NCBI GenBank assembly: GCA_947259925.1
Contig: CAMYOG010000047.1
Span: 21,704-85,703 of the forward strand
Source of the DNA: Thermoanaerobaculia bacterium
Lineage (GTDB): Bacteria > Acidobacteriota > Thermoanaerobaculia > Multivoradales > JAHEKO01
Direction of reading: 5' to 3'
DNA length: 64,000 bases
In this document: in pieces, positions 55,105-64,000 of the stretch
Layout of the letters: the number at the start of each line of letters is the position of its first letter
How positions within the stretch are numbered: the stretch's first letter is position 1
The notes under the pieces: generated by a model
Told to the model about the DNA's origin: nothing
Database searches by the model: none
What the model saw: only the letters and a program-made list of their open reading frames with translations
Position numbers and translations under genes: made by a program

Positions 55105-55652
55105 CTGCCGACCTCTCGGCGGACGATCTCCAGGTAGGGCTCGAGCTCCGGGTCCGATTCGACGCTCGTCTCCTCGGTAGCCGATCGGGGAGTGCGGACA
55201 CGCGTCGCCACCAGCCAGACTCCGACCAGGACCGCCAGGATCGGCGCCAGCCAGACGAGCAGATTGAACCCCTCTGCCCTGGGTGAGAGCCGGATGAACT
55301 CACCGTAGGAGCGCTCGAAGTAGCTGAGAATCTGGTCCTCGGAGTAGCCCGCCGCGATCAGTTGGCGTGCCTCGGCCTTCATCGCCAACGCCAGGTCGGT
55401 CGGCGAGTCGGCGACCGACAGACCCTGACAGACCGGACAACGGATCAGGCTGGTGATCTCCTCGGTGCGGCGGTCGAGCTCGTCCCCCTCGAGCGGCGTT
55501 TCCGCGGGCGGCTCGTCCAGCTTCGGGGAGTCGAGACCGAGCGGCGGCCGGAGGCCGAGCGCGTCGTACGCCGGGTCCTGCGCCGTTCCGGTGCCGGCCA
55601 CGGCGACCGACAGAAGCAGAACGAGCACGGCGATCGGATGGCGCGGGCGCAT
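55101..55652 (-). CDS. ccmH: Cytochrome c-type biogenesis protein CcmH
   Basis: Signal peptide. LIRCPVCQG CxxC motif. C-terminal TM helix. Confidence 0.8.
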   Translation of the reverse strand: MRPRHPIAVLVLLLSVAVAGTGTAQDPAYDALGLRPPLGLDSPKLDEPPAETPLEGDELDRRTEEITSLIRCPVCQGLSVADSPTDLALAMKAEARQLIAAGYSEDQILSYFERSYGEFIRLSPRAEGFNLLVWLAPILAVLVGVWLVATRVRTPRSATEETSVESDPELEPYLEIVRREVGS

Positions 55653-55657
55653 CGCGG

Positions 55658-56170
55658 CTACAGCAGACCTCCCAGAATCTGCTCGAGTGCCTGCGGCGTG
55701 ACCACTCCGGTGATCCGCTCGACGATCGTGCCGTCGGTGGAGACGACGAACGTCTCCGGAGCACCGTAGACACCGTAGGCGATCGCCACCTCCGAGCCGG
55801 GGTCGAGCAGGGACGGGCCCCAGGCGCCGCGCTGGGCGACGAACTCGCGGATCAGCTGTGGCTTGTCCTGGTAGACGATGCCGAGGAAGTCGACGCGACC
55901 GGCGTAGCGGCGCGCGCCGGCCAGCAGCACGGGATGCTCGACGATGCACGGCTGGCACCAGGTGGCCCAGAAGTTGATCACCACCGGCCGCGCGGGCGAC
56001 TCGGGGAGCTGATAGACGTGACCGTCGAGATCGGCGAGAGAGAAGGTGGGTGCCGCCTTTCCGACCAGCGGCGAGTCGATCGCTCGCGGGTCGTAGCGGA
56101 ACGAGATCGCGAGGAAGATCAGGAGCGGCAGAACGAGCAGGGCTCCGAGGATCAGGGCGACGCGATTCAT
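55658..56170 (-). CDS. ccmG: Thiol:disulfide interchange protein CcmG/DsbE
   Basis: WATWCQPC thioredoxin motif and a GVYGAPETF-type family block. ATGA overlap with ccmF. Confidence 0.85.
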   Translation of the reverse strand: MNRVALILGALLVLPLLIFLAISFRYDPRAIDSPLVGKAAPTFSLADLDGHVYQLPESPARPVVINFWATWCQPCIVEHPVLLAGARRYAGRVDFLGIVYQDKPQLIREFVAQRGAWGPSLLDPGSEVAIAYGVYGAPETFVVSTDGTIVERITGVVTPQALEQILGGLL

Positions 56171-58125
56171 GCCGCCGCCTTCTTCGGCGCCACCGGCGAG
56201 ACCAGGCAGAGGCCGATGCCGGCGCTCATGATCAGCACGCCGATCCAGATCCACAGGACCGCCGGGGTGACGATCGCCCGGATGCCGACGCGGCCGTCCG
56301 GCAAGACCTCCATCATCGTCAGATAGAGATCGTGCGTGAGCGAAGTGCGGACCGCGGGCGTGCCGATCGGCTCCTGCATGGTCGGGTAATGGTTCATCGC
56401 CGGCTGCAGGGTGCCGAGGTCACGCCCGGAGTTGTTGACGGCCAGGGTCGCCTTGCGCGCGACCCGATGGGGCTCCTGCTCGACCCGAACCTCCTTGAAG
56501 GTGAGCGAGTAGTCGGCGATCGCGAACTCCTGGCCGGGCGCCAGTACCGCTTCCTCGCTGGTCTGGAACGTCGACGAGACCGCGATCGAGACGAAGGTGA
56601 CGATCACTCCGAAGTGGACCACGTACGCGCCGAGCAACCGCGGGCTCCTGAGCAGGCTCTTCCTGGCGACGTCGCCGGGCGAGTCGCCTCGCGCCCGGCG
56701 CCGGCGCATCGCCTCGGTTCCCCGGGCTCCGGTCACCCAGAGCGCATAGCCGGCCATCGCTCCGGTCAGCAGGATGCCGAGGTCACGGCCGCCCAGAAGC
56801 GCCGTCAGACCGACCGCGAGCAGCGCCGCCGGCACCGGGGTCAGGAGAGCTCGACGGATCTCGGCAGCGCTCGCCCTGCCCCAGGGCAGGGCCGGGCCGA
56901 TGCCCATCAGCATCAGCAGTCCGAAGCAGATCGGCACCGCCATGCGGTTGAAGTAGGGCTCGCCGACGCTCACCTTCACGTCCCGCACCGCCTCGGCGAC
57001 GATCGGAAAGATAGTGCCGATCAGCACGGTGAACGTGAACGCCACCAGCAGCAGGTTGTTCAGCAGAAACGCTCCCTCGCGCGCGAACAACGCGTCCTCG
57101 GACGGTTCGGATACCAAGGTGTCGACCCGCAGCGCCAGCAGGATCACGACGCCGAAGAGACAGATGCCGAGGAAGGTCAGAAAGAGTGGGCCGATCGGGC
57201 TCTGGGTGAAGGAGTGGACCGAGTTGACGACGCCCGAGCGGGTCAGGAACGTCCCGAGGATCGTCAACAGGAAGGTGATCATGACCAGGATCGTCGTCCA
57301 CGCCTTGAGCGAGCCGCGCCGCTGCATGACGATCGCCGAGTGCAGCGCCGCGATCGCCGTCAGCCAGGGGAGAAACGAGGCGTTCTCGACCGGGTCCCAG
57401 GCCCAGTACCCGCCCCAGCCCAGCACCTCGTACGACCACCAGCCGCCGAGCATGATGCCCAGGGTCAGGAAGCCGGTCGGCACCAGCAGCCAGTTGCGGA
57501 GCGGCTTGAGCCAGGTCGCTCCGAGCTGCCCGCGCAGGAGCGCGGCGACCGCCATCGCGAACGGTACGCTCATCCCGACGTAGCCCAGATAGAGCATCGG
57601 CGGGTGGACGATCATCAGGATGTGGTTCTGGAGAAGCGCGTTGGGTCCCGGGCCGTCGGTCGGCACCGGCGGCGGAGTCGGCGCGAACGGATTGGCCGGG
57701 CCGGCGATCAGATAGCTGAAGAAGAGCCCGATCGCGAACAGCGTGCCGAGCGAGTAGCCGAGATAGTGCTCATGGCCCTGCCGCTGGAGGTAGGCGAAGG
57801 CAGCGGTGAAGAGGCCGAGGACGAACCCCCAGAAGAGGATCGAGCCCTCGAGCGACGACCAGAGTGAGACGATGGTGATGACCAGAGGCGTCGCCCGCGA
57901 GCCGACCTGGGCGACGTACGAGACCGAGAAGTCGTGTGCGACCAGCGCGTAGACCATCACCAGGTTGGCGAGGACCATCAGCCCTCCGAACAGGTAGGCC
58001 AGGCGCTTCGAGAGCTCCAGTCCGCGCAGCGAGCGGCGCGCACCGGCACCGTAGGCGACCGGTATACCGATCGCGCACACCAGCAGCGACAGCAGGACCA
58101 GGCCCGATCCTAGGTTCGAGATCAC
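56167..58125 (-). CDS. ccmF: Cytochrome c heme lyase subunit CcmF
   Basis: 652 aa, about 15 TM helices, with a W-rich motif region typical of CcmF/NrfE. Confidence 0.9.
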   Translation of the reverse strand: MISNLGSGLVLLSLLVCAIGIPVAYGAGARRSLRGLELSKRLAYLFGGLMVLANLVMVYALVAHDFSVSYVAQVGSRATPLVITIVSLWSSLEGSILFWGFVLGLFTAAFAYLQRQGHEHYLGYSLGTLFAIGLFFSYLIAGPANPFAPTPPPVPTDGPGPNALLQNHILMIVHPPMLYLGYVGMSVPFAMAVAALLRGQLGATWLKPLRNWLLVPTGFLTLGIMLGGWWSYEVLGWGGYWAWDPVENASFLPWLTAIAALHSAIVMQRRGSLKAWTTILVMITFLLTILGTFLTRSGVVNSVHSFTQSPIGPLFLTFLGICLFGVVILLALRVDTLVSEPSEDALFAREGAFLLNNLLLVAFTFTVLIGTIFPIVAEAVRDVKVSVGEPYFNRMAVPICFGLLMLMGIGPALPWGRASAAEIRRALLTPVPAALLAVGLTALLGGRDLGILLTGAMAGYALWVTGARGTEAMRRRRARGDSPGDVARKSLLRSPRLLGAYVVHFGVIVTFVSIAVSSTFQTSEEAVLAPGQEFAIADYSLTFKEVRVEQEPHRVARKATLAVNNSGRDLGTLQPAMNHYPTMQEPIGTPAVRTSLTHDLYLTMMEVLPDGRVGIRAIVTPAVLWIWIGVLIMSAGIGLCLVSPVAPKKAAA

Positions 58126-58586
58126 GTGTCCGACTCTTCGAACTGCATCGACTTCATCAGCTCTTTAATGTCGAGGTCCTGCATCTCACCGGGCGGCTGG
58201 TACTCGTTGTCGTGCTTGACCATCAGGCGGCGGGTCTCGAACCAGCCGTCCGACCGCATCGTGCCCTCGACCACGACGCCGATGCCCTCGCGAAACATCG
58301 CCGGCGGTACGGTCTCGGCCGAAACCGGGACCGAAGCCTCGCCGTCGGTGACTGCGAAGCGGAGGGTCAGGCCGTCCTGCTCACGCTCGATCGAGCCGGG
58401 CTCGACCAGCCCTCCCAAGCGAATGTTCGCTCCGACCGCTTGGTCGCCCGACGCCTTGAGCTCGGTCGGGCTCCAGTAGTAGACCAGGTTCTCGCCGATT
58501 CCGCCGAAGCCGAGGTAGGCGAGCACGCCGACACTGACGAGCAGTGCGGCCAGGGTGATGAAAACACGTCGTCGTCGTTCGCTCAT
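58122..58586 (-). CDS. ccmE: Heme chaperone CcmE
   Basis: N-terminal anchor and OB fold. C-terminal VKHDNEYQPPGE, the HxxxY heme-binding motif. Confidence 0.85.
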   Translation of the reverse strand: MSERRRRVFITLAALLVSVGVLAYLGFGGIGENLVYYWSPTELKASGDQAVGANIRLGGLVEPGSIEREQDGLTLRFAVTDGEASVPVSAETVPPAMFREGIGVVVEGTMRSDGWFETRRLMVKHDNEYQPPGEMQDLDIKELMKSMQFEESDT

Positions 58587-58738
58587 CCATTGCTCCTCGC
58601 ATCCCGATCGGATGCCTTGCGGCGACGCCAGAGGCTCCAGGCGTAGGTGATGAAGACCAGGGCGGTGAGCCCGTAGCCGCCGATCACGAAGTTCCACGCC
58701 CCAACGATGACACCTTCGGGCATGGCTGTCTCAGACAT
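58583..58738 (-). CDS. ccmD: Heme exporter protein CcmD
   Basis: 51-aa single-TM protein between ccmC and ccmE. Overlaps ccmC by 8 nt (ATGTCTGA) and ccmE by ATGA. Confidence 0.6.
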   Translation of the reverse strand: MSETAMPEGVIVGAWNFVIGGYGLTALVFITYAWSLWRRRKASDRDARSNG

Positions 58739-59453
58739 TGTCAACCCCCTGCGGCGTACCCGGGATCTCGGCCGTGCGGGGTGCACGCTTCGGTGGCAGG
58801 GCGACGCTCTCTCCGCGCCGGCGGGCCATCTCCAGGCGCGCGCGCTGGGCGATGCACCAGATAGCGATGAACAGGATCGCGAACGAGTTGATTCGCAACG
58901 GCACGACCATAGAGGAAGCTACGGTCTCGGGCGACGACTGGATCTGATGCAGGCTGCGCCACCAGCGCACGCAGAAGTAGACCAGCGGCACGTCGACGTA
59001 GCCGACGATCACCGCGACCGCGCTCCAGGTGGCTCGCCGCTCGGGGTCGTCGACGAACGAGCGCAGCACCAGGATGCCCGCGTACAGAACCACCATGATC
59101 AGGGTCGTGGTCAGGCGGACGTCCCAGTCCCACCAGACACCCCAGGTGGGTTTGGCCCAGATCATTCCCTGGGCTGTGAGCAGGGCTCCGAAAACCACGC
59201 CTACTTCGGTCGCGCCGGTCATCGCTGCATCCCATTTCGGCTTGCCGGTCCAGATGGATGCGATTGCGAAGACGAAGGCCGCGGTCAGAACCAGCATCGA
59301 GATCCAGGCGGTCGGCACGTGGACGTACATCAGACGCTGGACCTCGCCCATGTGCCGATCGGGAGGCGCCAGGAAGAGACCGATGTAGCTGCCCACCAGG
59401 AGCAACAGCACCCCCAGCAGGCCCAGAATCGCATCCCATCGCAGTCGTTTCAT
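58731..59453 (-). CDS. ccmC: Heme exporter protein CcmC
   Basis: WGVWWDWD WWD heme-handling motif. 6 TM helices. Confidence 0.9.
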   Translation of the reverse strand: MKRLRWDAILGLLGVLLLLVGSYIGLFLAPPDRHMGEVQRLMYVHVPTAWISMLVLTAAFVFAIASIWTGKPKWDAAMTGATEVGVVFGALLTAQGMIWAKPTWGVWWDWDVRLTTTLIMVVLYAGILVLRSFVDDPERRATWSAVAVIVGYVDVPLVYFCVRWWRSLHQIQSSPETVASSMVVPLRINSFAILFIAIWCIAQRARLEMARRRGESVALPPKRAPRTAEIPGTPQGVDNV

Positions 59454-60140
59454 CTACACCCCTTCCTCGACGACGTACGTGAATAGCACACCGCAGAGGC
59501 TCCAGTAAATCACATCGAAACCTGCCAATAACATGGTCCACGAGCCGAGCTGCTGCATCGGGTCGCCGGTCAGAACCAGATCGATCGCCTTGACCGACCC
59601 GAGCATCACCGGTACCACCAGCGGAAAGAGCAGCAGCGGCAAGAGGACGTCCTGACTGCGCAGCCGGCTGGTCATGGCCGCGAACAGGGTGCCCGGAGCG
59701 GAGAGGCCGGCGGCCGCCAGCCCCCAGAGTCCGATCACCTCGGCCAGGTCGAGCAAGCTGATCTCGACCGCGTAGAGCACCACCGCCACCGGCGTCAGGA
59801 TCGGTGCCAGCAGCAGGAGAAAGAGCGTGTTGCTGAGCGCCTTGCCGTAGTAGAGCGCCACCGGCTCGACCGGAGCCAGCAGCAGGCCCTCGAGCGCGTG
59901 ATTCTCGTGCTCGAGGCGGAAGCTCTCGGAGAGCGCCAGGGTCGAGCTGAGCAGCAGCGCCAGCACCAGGAAACCGGCGGCGCCGGTCTGCAGGGCGGCG
60001 GTGTCGGGCCCGACCGCGAACGAGAACAGTAGCAGGGTAACGACCCCGAACAGGACCACCGAGAGCCCGCGGGTCCGGCCGCGCCACTCGAGCAGCAGGT
60101 CCTTGCGCACCAGAGCGACGATCTGGCCGACCGTCCTCAT
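59454..60140 (-). CDS. ccmB: Heme exporter permease CcmB
   Basis: 228 aa, 6 TM. Position between ccmA and ccmC. Confidence 0.85.
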   Translation of the reverse strand: MRTVGQIVALVRKDLLLEWRGRTRGLSVVLFGVVTLLLFSFAVGPDTAALQTGAAGFLVLALLLSSTLALSESFRLEHENHALEGLLLAPVEPVALYYGKALSNTLFLLLLAPILTPVAVVLYAVEISLLDLAEVIGLWGLAAAGLSAPGTLFAAMTSRLRSQDVLLPLLLFPLVVPVMLGSVKAIDLVLTGDPMQQLGSWTMLLAGFDVIYWSLCGVLFTYVVEEGV

Positions 60141-60832
60141 CCCTGCCGCTCCAGCTGCGCCGGCAGGCCGGCCGCGGGCCCCTCCCAGGCGATCTGACCG
60201 TCCTCCAGAAGGAGAGCGCGTTTGCAGATGCGGCTCATGCGCGGGATCGCGTGGGAGGCGACCACCACCGTGGTTCCGCGTGCGACCTCGCGCTCGATCC
60301 AGGCTTCCACGAGGTCCATTCCGGCGGTGTCGAGCGCCGCCAGCGGCTCGTCGAGCAACAGGATGTCGGGGTTCTCGATGCGCGTTCGCAGAAAGGTGAG
60401 TCGCTTACGCATCCCGGAAGAAAAGCCGCCCACGGCCAGGTCGCGGTGGTCGATCAGCGCGACTTCCTCGAGCAGGCCATCCAGCTCCGCGTCGGAGATG
60501 CTCCGCTCACACAACCGAGCCCAGACCCGCAGCATCTCGATCGCGGTCAGCCCGTCGTAGAGGTAGGCCCGGTGGGAGACCATCGAGAGCGAGCGGCGGC
60601 AGGTGAGCCGCTCCGAGTGCGGGTCGCTCCCGAGGATGCGAACGCTGCCGGCGCTCGGCCGGGACAGGCCGGCCAGGACGCGCAGGAGCGTGGTCTTGCC
60701 GGAGCCGTTGGCCCCCGCCAACAGCAGGCTTTCGGCGCGCTCGACGGTCAGGTCGACGTGCGCCAGAACCCATCGGCGGCCGAAACGGCGGCCGAGGCTC
60801 TCGCAATGGATCGCTGGCCCTGCCTCTCCCAT
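60137..60832 (-). CDS. ccmA: Heme exporter ATP-binding protein CcmA
   Basis: Walker A GANGSGKTT, ABC signature SSGMRKRL, Walker B LLLDEP. Confidence 0.85.
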   Translation of the reverse strand: MGEAGPAIHCESLGRRFGRRWVLAHVDLTVERAESLLLAGANGSGKTTLLRVLAGLSRPSAGSVRILGSDPHSERLTCRRSLSMVSHRAYLYDGLTAIEMLRVWARLCERSISDAELDGLLEEVALIDHRDLAVGGFSSGMRKRLTFLRTRIENPDILLLDEPLAALDTAGMDLVEAWIEREVARGTTVVVASHAIPRMSRICKRALLLEDGQIAWEGPAAGLPAQLERQG

Positions 60833-60915
60833 CGCCTCGTAAGCCTAGCTGGTCGGGGAGGGCTCTGCCCCATCCTTTTGGGGTTGGCGACGAACCACCC
60901 CACGGGTGGTTGAAG

Positions 60916-61506
60916 TCAGGGCCGTCGCCTCCGGGGGATGAAGCGAGGGACCTTCTGCGAGTACTCGACGTAGGCGTCGCCGAACCGCTCGCGCAGCTCG
61001 CGCTCTTCGAGCAGCACCAGGCCGTAGATCAGGGGCAGGAGGGCGAGCAGCAGGAGATAGGTGCCCCGGTAGTTCACGAACAGAGTGAAGCCCGCCGTGC
61101 CGAACAGGAGCGACATGTAGCGCGGGTGCCGGATGCGGCTGTAGATGCCCTGATCGAGCAGCTTGCCGGGGTTGTCTCTGGAGAGCTCGGGCGCGCCCGC
61201 CAGAATGTAGAACTTGAGGTGCTTGCGGCACTGGAGCTCGACGTAGATGGCGATCAGGTAGAGGATCAGGCCCAACGCGCTCAGCCACGGATTGAAGCCG
61301 TAGTCGACTCCCAGGAGCGGATCGCGGATCTGCCAGAGGCCGTAGCCTATCGCCACGCAGAGACCGATGACGATCAGGTAGGCCGGCAACCGCCCGAGCC
61401 GGCGCCAGGCGGAAGCGAACGGGTGGATGACGTACCAGTAAAGAACCGCCGGCGGCATCGAGATGATCGTGAGAACCGCCAGCCAGTAGCGGACCGTGTC
61501 CAGCAT
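60916..61506 (-). CDS. Isoprenylcysteine carboxyl methyltransferase (ICMT)/PEMT-family membrane methyltransferase
   Basis: Multi-TM protein with the RHPRY motif and a C-terminal EE.L...FG..Y..Y block. Confidence 0.75.
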   Translation of the reverse strand: MLDTVRYWLAVLTIISMPPAVLYWYVIHPFASAWRRLGRLPAYLIVIGLCVAIGYGLWQIRDPLLGVDYGFNPWLSALGLILYLIAIYVELQCRKHLKFYILAGAPELSRDNPGKLLDQGIYSRIRHPRYMSLLFGTAGFTLFVNYRGTYLLLLALLPLIYGLVLLEERELRERFGDAYVEYSQKVPRFIPRRRRP

Positions 61507-61571
61507 GGGGCCACTCTATCGCTCGCTTCCAATAGAATCGGGTCGAGCTAGGGTTTATTGTCTCGTGGGAG

Positions 61572-62795
61572 GTGCTCTTGGCTGAGACTCGGGGGAGTCA
61601 CAGCGCGAAGCGACGTGGTCCGGGTGCCACCGCCGAGGTCGGAGAGACCGACCTCGGCCGATCGCTGCTGGAGTTGATCGGCTCGACCGAGCTCGGCGGG
61701 CGTGAGTTCCAGATCGGCCTCGAGGCGCTTCGGTCCGAGTACGGCCTGCTGGCCTACACGCACCTGCTCGCGCTTCTCTGCCACCTCCGATTCGAGCCGG
61801 AAGAGGCGCGGCGCCGCTGGGGCGAGCTGCTCGAGCACCGACAGCGGCTCGAGGAGCGGTGGGGAGCTCCGGTCGATCTACGGGTGGCGCTCGCGAGCTT
61901 CTTCCTGCACGTCGAGCGGCGGCTCGAGAATCCGACGCTGATCGAGATGCATCAGCTCGAGCAGACCCAGGCGTTCGCCTACCGAGATCAGCTGACCGGG
62001 CTGCGCAACTACCGCTTCTTCGAGCTCTACATGGCCCACGAGCTCCAGCGGAGCGCTCAGTACGGCTGGCCGCTGTCGCTGATCCTGCTCGACATCGACA
62101 ACTTCAAGCCCTACAACGATCGTCATGGGCACACCGCGGGCAATCAGGTTCTGGCCGAGTTCGGTCGGCTGCTCGCCGCCGCGTGCCGCAAGGTCGACAT
62201 CTCGGCGCGCTACGGCGGCGAAGAGTTCGCGATCATCGCGCCGTCGACTCCGAAGCTCGGAGCCGAGCAGGTCGCCGAGCGCGCGCGCCACGCGATCGCG
62301 GCGCACGACTGGGGACCCGATCACCTGACCGTGAGCGCCGGCGTCGCCACCTATCCGGGCGACGCCACGGACGTCGGGGAGCTGGTCCGCCGTGCCGACG
62401 AGGCACTTTATCTGGCGAAGGCCAGGGGCAAGAACCAGGTACAGCTCTACGGCGGTAACCGCCGGTCGCATCGGCGCGTCCAGGTGGAGCTCGAGGGCCT
62501 GATGCTGGCGCCCGCCCTGCAGCCCCATCCGGTCACGACCGTCGACGTCTCCGAAGCGGGACTCCGCTTCACCTGCGACGTCGAGCTGCCGGAGGGTACC
62601 CTGGTCGACATCCGGCTCGATCTCCCGGGCAGCTCGGGCGGCATCACGGTCGCGGGTCGCGTAGTGCAGTCGAACCGTGAAGCGGCGGTGAGCGGTGCGG
62701 CGATCCGGGTGGTCGATCTGTCGGCGGAGGACCGCCGGCTGCTGGCCGAGTACCTGAGCGAAGCGGCGCTCATGGACGACGACGGTAGAGCTTGA
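61572..62795 (+). CDS. Diguanylate cyclase (GGDEF) fused to a C-terminal PilZ domain
   Basis: GGDEF domain with RYGGEEFAII active site. C-terminal RRSHRR...DVSEAGLRF...G PilZ c-di-GMP-binding motifs. Confidence 0.85.
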   Translation: MLLAETRGSHSAKRRGPGATAEVGETDLGRSLLELIGSTELGGREFQIGLEALRSEYGLLAYTHLLALLCHLRFEPEEARRRWGELLEHRQRLEERWGAPVDLRVALASFFLHVERRLENPTLIEMHQLEQTQAFAYRDQLTGLRNYRFFELYMAHELQRSAQYGWPLSLILLDIDNFKPYNDRHGHTAGNQVLAEFGRLLAAACRKVDISARYGGEEFAIIAPSTPKLGAEQVAERARHAIAAHDWGPDHLTVSAGVATYPGDATDVGELVRRADEALYLAKARGKNQVQLYGGNRRSHRRVQVELEGLMLAPALQPHPVTTVDVSEAGLRFTCDVELPEGTLVDIRLDLPGSSGGITVAGRVVQSNREAAVSGAAIRVVDLSAEDRRLLAEYLSEAALMDDDGRA

Positions 62796-63726
62796 CGCCG
62801 GTCGGGTCGCCGAGAACGCGCAGGCGGTGCTCCTCGTCCTCCGGGCGGCTCTTGAACCGTTTGTAGCTCCATAGATACTGCTCGGGACGCTCCAGCACGC
62901 AGCGCTCGACCTCTCGATTGAGAGCGGTGGCGGCGATCGCCGGGTCGGGATCGCCGAGCGCGGTCGAGGCGACTCGGAAGTGGAGGATGAAACAACCGTC
63001 CGACTCGCGTGTCGCCCAACCCACCAGGGCCGGAGAGCCGAACTTGCGCAGCAGCCTGGCGACCAGCGTCATGGTCAGGGCGGGAACGCCGAAGAACGGC
63101 GCGAAGACGCCGCTCGAGCGAATCGGCTCCTGGTCGGGCAGGATCAGGACGAGCTTGCCCGAGGCGAGCTCGCGGTAGAGCTGACGGAGGCCACGCGGCG
63201 TCGTTGGCACCATCGTGCAGCCGGTGCGTTGACGTGCGGCGAGCAGGAAGCTGTCGAGCTCGTCGACCCGTGGCGGGCGGTAGAGCGCCACGAACGGGTG
63301 TCGCGCCATCAGGTATGGATTGAACAGCTCCCAGTTGCCGAGGTGGGGCAGCAGGAGCACCGCGCCCTTGCCGGCGGCGAGCGCCTGGTCGAGCAGCTCG
63401 GCACCGTCGGTGGCGCCGACCAGCCGCTCGAGCCTCTCGGCCGGCCAGGTGAGCAGCGCGCCACCCTCGGCGTAGAACTTGCCGGTTTCGATCAGGCTGC
63501 GCCGGACCATCCGGCGGTGCTTTTCGGCCGGCCAGTCGGGGAAGCACCAGCGCAGATTGAGCCGGGTGAACCGGCGCAGACGGTTCGGCAGGATCGAGCA
63601 GAGGATGCCGAGCCCGGTGCCCAGCCCGCGCGCCAGGCCGATCGGTAGGGCCGCGATCGCGCCGATCGCGAGGCGTGCCGCGCCCGCCAGGAAAGGCGAC
63701 GAGCGGCTGAGCTTCTTCTTCGCCAT
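62770..63726 (-). CDS. Lipid A biosynthesis lauroyl/myristoyl acyltransferase (LpxL/HtrB family)
   Basis: N-terminal TM helix. HLGNWE acyltransferase motif. 318 aa. Confidence 0.8.
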   Translation of the reverse strand: MAKKKLSRSSPFLAGAARLAIGAIAALPIGLARGLGTGLGILCSILPNRLRRFTRLNLRWCFPDWPAEKHRRMVRRSLIETGKFYAEGGALLTWPAERLERLVGATDGAELLDQALAAGKGAVLLLPHLGNWELFNPYLMARHPFVALYRPPRVDELDSFLLAARQRTGCTMVPTTPRGLRQLYRELASGKLVLILPDQEPIRSSGVFAPFFGVPALTMTLVARLLRKFGSPALVGWATRESDGCFILHFRVASTALGDPDPAIAATALNREVERCVLERPEQYLWSYKRFKSRPEDEEHRLRVLGDPTGVKLYRRRP

Positions 63727-63738
63727 CGGCGGCGGCTC

Positions 63739-64000
63739 AGATCGCCGCTGGCAGCTCCTCGCCGGGGTTGACGAACAGATTCCGCTCGAACTGGTGCTGC
63801 TTGTCGTACAGATCCTTGTAGCGGCCGTCGGCGGCCAGCAGCTCCTCGTGCGAGCCGCGCTCGACGACCCGCCCCTCCTCCATCACCAGGATCAGATCGG
63901 CGTTACGGATCGTCGACAGTCGATGGGCGATGACGAGGCTGGTCCGACCCCGCTTGAGCTCCGCCAGGCCCTGCTGGATCAGCGCCTCGTTCTCGCTGTC
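63739..64000 (-). CDS. ABC transporter ATP-binding/permease protein, MsbA-like (partial, C-terminus only)
   Basis: Minus-strand translation ends ...[86 protein letters not shown]. This is the ABC C-terminal region with the H-loop AHRLSTI. Confidence 0.7.

Noticed and set aside
1-64000. CRISPR arrays, tRNA or rRNA genes, IS elements or prophage
   Set aside because: There are no regularly spaced direct repeats, no tRNA cloverleaf candidates with GTTCGA/TTC loops plus acceptor stems, and no transposase, integrase or phage structural homologues among the ORFs.

Overview
This is a 64-kb high-GC (about 68%) chromosomal window from a diderm (Gram-negative-type) bacterium, inferred from an outer-membrane beta-barrel, a ccm System I operon and LpxL/MsbA-like genes. 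About 65 tightly packed protein genes, many with ATGA-type translational coupling. I found no rRNA, tRNA, CRISPR array, transposase or integrase.

Gene content, left to right:
- a GT2/methyltransferase polysaccharide module
- an Ere-family esterase
- an ECF sigma/anti-sigma pair convergent with a 701-aa secreted protein
- an XRE regulator
- an M19 dipeptidase
- an RsbW-like kinase
- an uncharacterised operon: AhpD-like / B12-radical SAM / ClbS-like / FMN alpha-hydroxy-acid oxidase
- class I lysK next to coupled LYS9- and LYS1-type saccharopine dehydrogenases
- porin, PA0069-type radical SAM, lipoprotein hydrolase
- a kinase-aminotransferase(III) fusion and a hotdog thioesterase
- purine salvage (add, PNP, e(P4) nucleotidase)
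- MFS, DUF4097 proteins, pseudopilin, HD-GYP, NhaC, a 6x choice-of-anchor-D protein, a GAF-GAF-PP2C phosphatase
- gdhA, a glycoside hydrolase, a TetR/desaturase pair, proC
- a complete ccmABCDEFGHI operon
- ICMT-like methyltransferase, GGDEF-PilZ, LpxL-like acyltransferase, a partial MsbA-like ABC gene

Most notable non-genic signals:
- Two copies, 10.8 kb apart and inverted, of a novel ~150-bp nested inverted-repeat element (core GTGACAGGATACTCA). One copy supplies the stop codon of lysK. Both sit directly upstream of minus-strand operons.
- A promoter-plus-terminator-bounded ~320-nt candidate ncRNA (44.36-44.71 kb).
- A structured 366-bp leader (45.87-46.24 kb) carrying 16S-rRNA-terminus-like motifs, including a perfect anti-SD-complementary GGAGGTGATCC, followed by a mini-ORF.
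- A 24-bp perfect palindrome upstream of gdhA.

Functional hypothesis: lysK, LYS9, LYS1 and the hydroxylysine-kinase/phospho-lyase-like fusion may form a lysine / 5-hydroxylysine salvage route through 2-aminoadipate semialdehyde and saccharopine.
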